Assembly (NCBI RefSeq): GCF_964204865.1
Contig: NC_135260.1
Coordinates: 6,386,001-6,450,000 of the forward strand
Origin: Styela clava
Lineage: Eukaryota
Length of the DNA: 64,000 nt
Reading direction: 5' to 3'
The number at the start of each line of letters is the position of its first letter. The first letter of the stretch is position 1. The position numbers and the translations under genes were made by a program. Below are positions 39,401-48,812 of the stretch, piece after piece. The notes under the pieces are model-generated. The model was not told where the DNA came from and made no database searches. It saw nothing but the letters and a program-made list of their open reading frames with translations.

Positions 39401-40813
39401 TGCTTTAAGGCTTAATGTACAAAAATCCACAGTTGGAATTTTTTTTTGTAGTGGACTCGGTAGACACTGTGATCGAAGTTTGTGGCAATCCTGACGTCAT
39501 CCAAGATGGTTATCGGCGATTGCGTCATGGTGGAATGTTAGTTCTTGTTGGATTGGTTCATCCGAATTCAAATCTATCAATAACCGGCGAACAGGTACGA
39601 TTTAGGAAATTGTGAACCGTTTGAATCAATCTAAGAAGAGAAGGCTTTTGCCCACTAGTAATCCTTTACAAAGCAGTAAATTGGTTGATTCTGAAGTTTG
39701 TACTTTGCTACCGTTCTCAGTACTTTTCCAAAAACTCTAAAAAAAGAGGTGGATTTGCAATTAGCAATATAGTACTTAATTACGATTAGCGCGCAAATAA
39801 CTATTTATAACGTGGACTAGTAAATAGAAAAAAGGCATCTATGATTAAACCATCTCATAGCATTTCTTATTTCCGAAATAATTGGAAAATAGTTTAATTC
39901 ATTATCGCAGTAACGTTTGGTCACCTTTATCCCGTCGTTTCTCCACTCCCTCGAATGGGGTCCTAGCTCTTGCTTTTAGCATTGCCACGCATGAAAAGAC
40001 GTTAACGAAAATATTACATGTTAATTGGGCACGAAATTTACATATTGGCTGTTTAATTAACTAAATTGTTTCAGGGATGATTGTTGTTACTGAGTTTCTA
40101 CGGGAACTAACGAATCAATCGAGTTTAAACTTAAAGATGGAAAAGGCACTATATATATATTTGTTTTATTCAAACTTTCTCTGAGTTGTAATGGACCTGA
40201 TGCTTCATTCAAAATTTTCTTGTTATATTTTAATTCATGGGGAACACTTTTTAAAAGGAATGGGAACACTTTGATCCGTCACGCTTATCTTCCAATATTT
40301 TCATACTCGGTTGTTGTTAACTGTTAAGCTAAGGTCTTATTGTGACTGTACGCGACCCAGGAAAGATGGAAGCCGATAAGACGGGTTAATCATATGGCGA
40401 AACACGGCCTCTCGTTCGGTTACCAGTACAAGTCGGGTATGGAATTAGTTAGCCAGTTATTTGTTTTCGGAAGCATGGACTTCACGTGAACCACCCCACG
40501 GTGGCGAGGAGTCCAGATATCATCTTGCGCCACACCGCCGAGCCGAGGTTGCGTCCATCTAATTGAGCACTGCTCTCTTGTTACAAATATAAATCCTTGT
40601 TTTCAGATTATTCGTAAATGTATTACGATAAGAGGCGTTCACAATTACGCTCCTCGACATCTAGACAGAGCACTGGAATTTTTATCCCGTACAGCTGAAT
40701 CATATCCTTACGAAGAACTAGTGAGTCCAAATCCATTTTCACTGGAAGAAATTGAAAAGGCAATTACTGAAACAAACAAAAAATTGTACCACCGAAGCTG
40801 TGTGAAGCCATAA
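27472..40813 (+). CDS. Zinc-binding medium-chain alcohol dehydrogenase, resembling the phosphonate-catabolism-associated (HpnZ_proposed/TIGR03366-like) family
   Basis: Phase-consistent exons 27472-27631, 30528-30672, 31082-31291, 38507-38700, 39452-39594, 40607-40813. Motifs ICGSDLH, LVLGHEAVG, structural-Zn CRKCQRCRLELPQKC, APINCALATMVNA, Rossmann VLGAGLLG, GEQIIRKCITIRGVHNYAPRHL. Confidence 0.92.
29235..29512 (+). repeat. Near-perfect ~143-bp tandem duplication in ADH intron 1
   Basis: Unit TTTCCGCCTTGAAAATAGTGGCG...CCTCGGAAATAG at ~29235 and ~29378. Confidence 0.85.
29594..30046. mobile_element. hAT MITE hosting a nested MITE
   Basis: TIR CAGTGGTCGGCAACC / GGTTGCCGACCACTG; perfect TSD GCATACAC. 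Confidence 0.88.
29663..29918 (+). mobile_element. hAT MITE nested in 29594..30046; second copy at 47547..47822
   Basis: CAGTGTTCCATCTAA...TTAGAGGGAACATTG; TSD GATTCAAC / GTTTCAAC; GCGCAC repeats. Confidence 0.85.
31958..36203 (-). CDS. Nested antisense gene, ~403 aa: long Q/K/S/T-rich disordered N-terminus plus C-terminal two-TM domain with a SLATT-like pattern
   Basis: Phase-consistent exons (minus strand) 36203-36197, 35723-35196, 34119-33887, 33015-32827, 32212-31958 total 1212 nt; there is an in-frame stop upstream of the ATG. C-terminus: MDHDELMKRLRVRFKKKTAKWEGKIIFYSRCAFMMTFALLLLQVLQMLIQPLRGEWISDRVVTILQNVLIALTALVAGLQLKLKMSEKADKYRKGVKIYYHLMRMTSYYIMMTESGGRPEYKNTISFWKDALKKEMESIPVLQAFKQ*. 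The gene model is well supported; the domain label is inference. Confidence 0.8.
38969..39402. mobile_element. hAT (Charlie-like) MITE in ADH intron 4
   Basis: CAGGGGTCGGCAACCT...AGGTTGCCGACTCATG; TSD CTCTAAGG / CTTTAAGG. Confidence 0.8.
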
Positions 40814-43800
40814 AATAGTAAAGCTATGACAACTGGAATAAAAGACATAACTGACTGTAAACTATATACATATAATCCAAAATAAAGATTGCGAAAGCGA
40901 TTATACTTTCATAATTCCAGTACGAGTCGAAAACTGTAATGTATTTGGCAAATATCAACACGATTGAAGATTTTGCCGATTAAAATCTCAAAACAGGGAA
41001 AGAATTGATTCCCGCCGCAAATGAAAATTTCTGTGAACCAAAGGAGCGGGTCGTTGTTTTGGCAAAATGGTATATTCTAGCTGTATCATATACATTTCAC
41101 ATAAGGCTGAATCTTGAAATAGCGTACTCCTATGCTTCATAAGCAGGCCGCAATATTCAAATTGCGAAATTTTGTCAATTAAAATAGAATTCGATAGGCT
41201 GAAATTAGCGGCCTTTTTTATTTTTTTGCAATTAACTTTATCCTCATCAAACATCTTGTTTTGTATGTACACCTTAGTTTATATTAAAAAGCCTTTAATT
41301 ACTGTTATCACTCCCAATTTCAACCATATTTATATTAGTCATTGTCGCAATTTTTATTAATTCATTTCAACCCTGTGCAATCATTGAAATAATAAACTTG
41401 TGTATAGAAATATGTCATCATATAATGACTTTGAGCCGCGCGTACGAAAAGGGCTGCCGAAACACGTTTGTCAATAATACGAAGGATGCCAGATTGAGAG
41501 TATTTTAATCAACAACTTCAAACAATGCCAGGAGTCCAAAAGACTCACGATTGGCTCGGCTCAGATCACATTTATTTTGCTCGCTAATTCCAATGCGATG
41601 ATGTCAACAAAGGCATCCGGCCTACCTGTTACTACGATGTAAACACCCAAAATAAGTCATCCAATTGTATTTGTTGCCTCTCAGTCCAACAAAACCTTAC
41701 GGTTTCCTGATCACAACAGACTTCTGATAGCACATTCGATTTTGGATTAGACAACTGACAAGCATGGTCGTTTCTCAGCAGGTTTTTGAGAAGTGTTTAT
41801 ACATAGATCACGGTTTCTTCTTGATCAAAGACAAGGCTGGGGAAAAGGGTCGACACGCCCGATATCCTACACCTCTCCAATTACCATGGGCTCAGTCACC
41901 CCGAAACTGAGTTACTCTTGAAGCATCCATTAAATGTTATTTTGGTTGTCGTTAGCCTAAACGCGCCATTGAAACAAATTTGTGTACATTACCATTCCCT
42001 GATATAAAGGCATATCTTATATTATGGTTTTGGAATAACATTGGTCTGGCTGAATAAAATTACATATTGGCGGTTCCCTTAATTCAGAACTCAAAATTTG
42101 ATGGGTAGACAGGAATATTATTTCTGATTGCGTCAGAAACATTGGTCATAACAAGCGTTGTTTTTACAAAGGAGAAAAATATGCCAGTTGACGATAATAA
42201 ATCCCACTCCAATATCCACTTGTTCTGTTTGAGTGCGCGGTAATGCACTTGGTAATTTAATTGTCAAAAAGCCGCCAATTACGTGCTTAAATTAGCATTC
42301 TCCCAAAACAATTTAAAGCCAGAGGCCAAGCAGACAGATGCACAAGCGTTAATTAGAGAGCACATCTGAGCCGTCGACCGAAGATTGAAAAATGACAACA
42401 TACTTGGGAGATCCCAAGCAGCACGACAGCAAAAATGCCAAACACAAACAAAAAAAAACGAAAAATATGCCTCATCCGGCAAATTATTCGTTAATTCGAA
42501 GCTCTTTACCAGTCTTAAAATATGGTTTCTTGTGTCAACGTTTCAAACTAAACTGCTTGCACACAATCCATAACCTGATAAGCAACGGACGCCCACCTAT
42601 ACCTTACGGTTTTTCTTTCGTCGAGGACTTCACGACATTCCGAATAATAAAGAGCACTTGTACAAACTTTGCACATACGCACAGGTCCAAACTAAATGTG
42701 TATCAGTATAGATAACTAATAAACCCTGTTTGAAAAAAACTTTTGCCCCACTATGTGGAACTTTCTTGGTCATGGTGGTAAAAAGATTGATTTTAATAGC
42801 AGAACAAACACAAAAACAATGCTAACAGCCTATTGCTATTTAAAAAACAGCAGTCATGATGAATATGAAATGAACGGTTAAAAACATCTGAACAACTTAT
42901 AAACATTTTCATTCTCAGTTCCTCGACAAGTAAAACATAAATATTACAAAAAGTTGATTGCCTGCTATATCAAATCCATTGTTATTTATGAATATCATAT
43001 TTTAGATGTTCATAATAATTGTAAATTTTCATACCTGGAAATTTTTATATTTTACATTAGAGAGGAATTAAACAGAATACTGTTTACCCTAAAAGTTGTA
43101 CCATATTCTGCCAAAAATTAATCACAATTCTTTGTTTGGCAAGAAGAAATTAAAAATATTGTGTATTTCTTGCTGTTTGAATATCACAATTTTACATCTT
43201 GATTCAATGTAGCAAGCAACAAATGATTGGGTTTTAGCTAGCTATTATTGCAAAACAATGGAATGGGTAGCAGCATTGTGGAACATTGGCAATATTTCGT
43301 ACAGTTGAAAATGGGTGACAATCGATGCAGTTAGGTAAATATTTGGATTGGAAACGATTAGAGTTTGTTCTCTTACTAAAGTTTTGTAACCGTAATGTTA
43401 TTCTGAAATGTATACTATGGAATGTAGTCATCATTAACTTAACATTTAAATCACAGAAAAAAGGCAAAAATGGAATGAAAGCAAGAAAACAGGTATATAA
43501 AATAAAGTAATTACTAGACTACTGATTAGGCGCAAGATTGTTTACAAACAAGCAAGCGAACATGAATTTGAGTTGGTAAAAAATAGTGGTGACCAAGATG
43601 AGAAGTTCAAAATAATCAAGAACAGTGGATAAAATTAAAAATAATAAGCTGGGTTCTGGAAAATAATGGCATGTAAAGGGCTGGCAAGAATTAGTACATT
43701 GTGATATCTTTATCCAACATTTTGATAACCCTGAACTCCCAAATAATTCGATCAGAAGTATAAATCATTATGACAAAACAAAAAGCAATTTCGATAAAGT

Positions 43801-45371
43801 AGATTCTCAAAAATTAATTTCCCAATTCAATTCAAGCAAAAATCTATTACTTAGATATCTTCAAAGTATGTCAATTATAATAGGAAACAAACGATAAAAA
43901 CTGAATGTTGGCCAGGCTTACAATTTTAAACATTCAAACTGTAATAATGTAATATCCACAGGTAATAACCATAAAAACATAGGCAAGGTAAATGCTTAAA
44001 CATAGCAAAGAACATATAGAATACAGTATATACAAAATGTAGCCAAAATATGTCATTGTTGGTTAGATATAAAGTACAGAGGTTTCAATATAAAAGATAA
44101 ACTTAACTGTAAAAAATTCATTATATGAAAGATTTTGTAGTGCAAATTGTCGTGGCACAGTTGGCAAAATTAATTAAGCGATCAGAGATTAGATGCTGAA
44201 TCATTACATTATAAAATATGTACCGCAAAGGGCAAGTGGTCGCAGCAGGGGTGTGCAACCTGCGGCCCACAAGATAAAATTGTGCGACCCGCAGAGAATT
44301 GCCAATTTTGAATGGTGTGCAGGCCACGAAACGAGTTTCTTATTTAGTTTATTCTGGTACGTGCAAGTAATTCCAATCCCTCACAATGAAATCAAGAAAT
44401 ATCATGATAAAAATTTTAACAAAAGGACAACTTATGAGCAACTATGCTATAAGAACCGAGTAAATTTACAACTTTGCAACATTTTGCTATAATCAAATGC
44501 ATTATGCTTTGTAACTACCGGTAATCTTTAATTTTTCCATAATTAGTATCCTGGAAAAAAATATAACACATCCAAGTCATCACTGATGCTATAAATAATA
44601 TGACAAAACATTTAGGCCTAAACTGCATGATATTATGTAGTTGATCCCATAACAAGGCTACAAATTTTTCAATCTAAAAAAAAGTTTTATCCCAAAAATT
44701 CAATTCAAAGACAGGTTTTGAAAATTTAGCGCATACACATATTTTATAGTATTAATGATATGAGCAAGCTCAAAAAGGTTGAACAGAGATAGTAAATTGG
44801 CAAGCTATATGATAATAGAATTGTGGTTGATTGAAATAATAGTTGTAAAGAGACAAAAATTGTTGAAAAACAACAAATTTACTTTTGGTGTATGTTGGTG
44901 TCTTTGGCAGCATTAAAAATCGTAAATTAAGCAACATGTTATAACTGTTCATGACATAATAAAAAAAGAATCTGGAAGGATACTGTGAAATAATACTTTC
45001 GTACATTATGATTGATGAAACAAACATTATCAAAAACGTCAGATTTTGTCAGAATGAAGACTAAAATGGGCCGATGTAACTAACATGCGATCTAAAAGTC
45101 ATTGTGATCTGCAGCAACTTTAATCTAGACCAGTGTCTCTAAAGATTGTCCTCAAACCACTCGTGCCCTGATTTTGTAAATGGCAAGATGATAAATAATC
45201 ACAAGGATTAGAGTTTGGTAATTGACACTTTCACAAATTTTTTGATGCTTAAAATTTTTATCTGAGATTTTGTAACATACATGTAAATCACATATTACAC
45301 CAAAACCCTAAAATAATTGTACCAATCTGTAAACGTAGATATCATCGATGAGTTTTTTCAAACTCTAGCAT

Positions 45372-46388
45372 TTACTGTGCTGTTGGGTGCCATGATTTTA
45401 CTCGTGGTACTTGAGTCACAGGTGAGGAAGGATGTCTGTCTATTTCTAATGACCTTACACGGACTGGACTACCACCAGCATTTGTTGATTTGCTTTGGCC
45501 ATTCCCATACTGACTCGTTGTAGGAAAATTTTGCAAAGAATGCCGGTGACCTCTTGTTTTTTGATGATGTGGGGGGAGATCTCTACAAACATGGCAAAGA
45601 AGTCTGCCATTCAAAAGAAAGTATCTAGGCTTACTGGCGTCGTTTAATTGAATTCCGCAATTCTCACAAATGAAGCAATCCACATGAAAATCCTTCCCCA
45701 TTGAGACTACTTTAACAGTTTCTTTACGTCCATTCACTGAAGTAATAGGAAGTTGACATTTGGCACATTTTGGAGCATATATTTTTTGCAATTTATTATA
45801 ATCTTCTACACAGTATATTTTGTTTTCTATGTCAATTGTGAAAGGCACTCCATCGAGTCCCTTATTGCATACACAGCACCGAAAACAGCCGGGATGATAT
45901 GGATTTCCAAGAGCATGTAAAATCATCTCCATGATAGGATGACCACATGCATGGCATTTCTTCGCACTTTGTTGGAATCCTGAATAAAGGTAATCTTCTT
46001 CACAAAATATTTTACCATTTACATTATAGAATGCTTTACCTCTTAATGTTCTACTGCAGCATCCACACACAAAACATGTGTTATGATATATTTTACCCAT
46101 TGCCTGACAAGCAGTAGAATGGCCATAAACGCCTTGGTTGCATTTTGCACAACGTCCAAAATATGGTTCGGAACCTCCTGGAGAATTGAGTTCCTTTTCA
46201 ACCTCAAGAGTTAGATCTTTCATTTTCTGTTCGACCATTTCTGAAGAGATTGCTGCTGAGACATGGGAGGGTGTTTTAACTCCTTGTGAGTAACTAACGG
46301 GACGCGAGAAAGTTCCATTTTGATATCCAAATGAAGAGCTAGATTGTGGAAAACTGCGTCGTTTAGGAATATGATTCCCACTGGCCAT
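45372..46388 (-). CDS. LIMD1/WTIP/AJUBA: Ajuba/LIMD1/WTIP-family triple-LIM protein, intronless, 338 aa
   Basis: Three LIM domains with family-typical strings: EPYFGRCAKCNQGVYG..ACQAMGKIYHNTCFVCGCCSRTLRGKAFYNVNGKIFCEEDYLYSGFQQSAKKC, YHPGCFRCCVCNKGLDGVPFTID, APKCAKC..ETVKVVSMGKDFHVDCFICENC. Confidence 0.93.
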   Translation of the reverse strand: MASGNHIPKRRSFPQSSSSFGYQNGTFSRPVSYSQGVKTPSHVSAAISSEMVEQKMKDLTLEVEKELNSPGGSEPYFGRCAKCNQGVYGHSTACQAMGKIYHNTCFVCGCCSRTLRGKAFYNVNGKIFCEEDYLYSGFQQSAKKCHACGHPIMEMILHALGNPYHPGCFRCCVCNKGLDGVPFTIDIENKIYCVEDYNKLQKIYAPKCAKCQLPITSVNGRKETVKVVSMGKDFHVDCFICENCGIQLNDASKPRYFLLNGRLLCHVCRDLPPHHQKTRGHRHSLQNFPTTSQYGNGQSKSTNAGGSPVRVRSLEIDRHPSSPVTQVPRVKSWHPTAQ

Positions 46389-46552
46389 ATGTAGTACAAT
46401 GTAATATCACCAATAATAAGACTACAATAGACTGCAATAAAAATAGACCGATTAAAATAGTATGCAATTTTTGGGTCTAGTATAGTTTGGTACCACAAGT
46501 ACTTCCAGTGGGCATAGCATAACAAATTTTGCATATGTTATTCCTAACTCCC

Positions 46553-46836
46553 ACCTGACTATGCCATCCAAAAATTACGTCACTATGACGTCATCATCAC
46601 GTCATAGGGCTTGACAAAGTATAATTACGATCGCCCGAAATGGCATATGCGCCGCTGATTACGAACTCGCTAACGCCGCCGATCTCGCTCCTATCGGGAT
46701 CGTTGAGACGAGAAATAGCTTGCTCGATTTAGGATCCTCGTCTGCGCTTTTTGGACTACCTTCCGCATACTTTGGTGGGCCTTATTACGCCACTGTGACG
46801 TCGAAATGACGTAATTTTTCGGCGACGTAGTCAGGT
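46553..46836. mobile_element. Small inverted-repeat-bounded element rich in TGACGT motifs
   Basis: ACCTGACTATGCC..AAAAATTACGTCA vs TGACGTAATTTTT..GGCGACGTAGTCAGGT; no clear TSD. Confidence 0.55.
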
Positions 46837-47096
46837 AATATCTCAGCAGGGTATGTCTGTACCTGCATTTCGGTTACTCAGTTACTTGAGAGATAGAATT
46901 AGGTTAAAAATTGGGGTCTGGTATAGTTTAGTACCACATGCACTTCTAGTTGGCCTGGCTCAACTATTTTTGCATATGTCAACTAGAAGTGCATGTGGTA
47001 CTAAACTATACCAGACCCCAATTTTTAACCTAATTCTATCTCTCAAGTAACTGAGTAACCGAAATGCAGGTACAGACATACCCTGCTGAGATATTA
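46836..47096. repeat. Perfect palindrome, 117-bp arms with a 27-nt spacer
   Basis: 46836-46952 is the exact reverse complement of 46980-47096 by direct reading. Confidence 0.92.
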
Positions 47097-47546
47097 TCTC
47101 TCACTGTTTTATACCAAAATAGAAAACTGTGCCAGACATGGATGCATTTCAGCGTTCACTTTCATCAGCATAATCAAAATTAACTGACAGTCTGAACGGC
47201 TGACGGACAACTTGACTACACGGACAACTCACCAGAGATAACTCGACTACAGAGAGGTCTGATGAGTTGTTCCGTCTTTTCGCATTATCTGCGACGACGT
47301 TTCAAGACTATAGGAGTGTAATCTCGATCTTTTGTAGGCTCCGATGTTGAGAAAACACATTAACATTTACCTGGATGTATTTTAATGTGTATACAGGTAT
47401 AAGAGACATATTTTGCTCATCTTATACAAATACCGAAACCGGGGGTTTGTCTGTTGGAACGTTAGCCAATTTAGACTTAGGGCTTTGTGCGGGTCTCCTG
47501 TAGTTTTGTAGTGACATAATTTTTGGATAGTGTAGTCAGATGGGGG

Positions 47547-47822
47547 CAATGTTCCCTCTAATTTTTTGTAGTATGTGTGCGCAGAAATTTTGATTTGTGC
47601 GCACTTTTTTGGAAATGACTAATATTTGTGCAAAAACCAATGAAGAAATTCTGGCGTTCTAACCGGGTAATAAGTGGGCCAACAGCAAACTTTCTTAACC
47701 TGCCAACCGAGCACATTGTTACATTACATCGAAATACGTCTGTGCGCAGTAAATCTATGCGTGTGCGCAGCCTCTGAAAGCTGTGTGCGCGCGCACACGC
47801 GCACACCTTAGAGGGAACACTG
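47547..47822 (-). mobile_element. hAT MITE (copy of 29663..29918), nested in an IR-bounded repeat 47491..47913
   Basis: CAATGTTCCCTCTAA...TTAGAGGGAACACTG; perfect TSD GATGGGGG; outer IR GGGTCTCCTGTAGTTTTGTA / TACAAAACTACACGAGACCC. Confidence 0.88.
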
Positions 47823-48812
47823 GATGGGGGTTAGGATTGATTCATCAAAAAATTATTATGCTACGCCCAGTACTGCAGTAGAAGTTTGTTAGGTACAAAA
47901 CTACACGAGACCCTGGTACCGGGTACCGGTATATCGGTACCGTACTGATAGAAACATTTCCTATCGCTGTTACCGTCAGCCGTCACCCCCTTCCAGGCTT
48001 TGTTTACAATCTCCCGGTCCTCAAGTCCTGCTGTCAGACTATCAAGTTGGCCACTACGTTAACGGTACCGGTACGCGGTACGGTCCTGTGCGAACCTCAT
48101 GTCCGATTTTTTATCACGCCAATTCTGCCTATGCGTATATTTATAGACAACAACAGAACAACGAGTTTCCAGCATTTTTTTTAAATACTTTTCTTATTTG
48201 TAGTCTACTGATTCTCGAAGCTTTTCTGGTACCGGTACGCCTACCGGTATCTAACAAATTACATACATACAGGAGGCCGTGGCTCGCCATATGATTAAGC
48301 CGTCTCATTTCTTTCCGCACCCCTGGGATAAATAGGTAAATCCTATCCTAACACATATTAAGCATCCCAGAGCAAAAAAGCAAAACGTACCGGTACCGGT
48401 ACCGGTACCGGACCTGGAGACGCAAAATCGACCAAATAGCCGATGTCCGTAACTGATATTTTATATAGGCTTCGATATTTTCGGCCCCATGCTGCCCCCT
48501 TCCGACGAACATGAATGTGGAATATCTGAACTCCCTAAAAAATTATACCATCCCTGGTTGTATCTCATATCATGAATACAGTAGCCGGTTGGTAAAAATA
48601 GTTTTAATTTTGATAAAGATTCCTTTATAACCGATATTATTCAAAACAGTTGTAAAGAAATAAATCGTTGATCGTTGATCGTTTATTCGCTGTATAATTA
48701 GGATGATAGTTGAATAAATAGAAATATAATATAGATAACGCAACTGGTTTATGGATGTAACCTCCACAATTTGTGAAGAGTATTAATAATTGTGCAGTGG
48801 GTGAACGAAGAG

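Noticed and set aside
40348-40545. Possible tRNA-derived SINE fragment on the minus strand
   Set aside because: Only an A-box-like start is visible, with no B box or second copy in the window; not supportable here.
41420-45370. Hidden gene or retroelement between the ADH and LIM genes
   Set aside because: No recognisable motifs or phase-consistent exon chain; plausibly 3' UTR or intergenic DNA.
47255-47285. Hammerhead ribozyme core (CTGATGAG)
   Set aside because: No stem II followed by GAAA; the sequence is part of a small inverted repeat.
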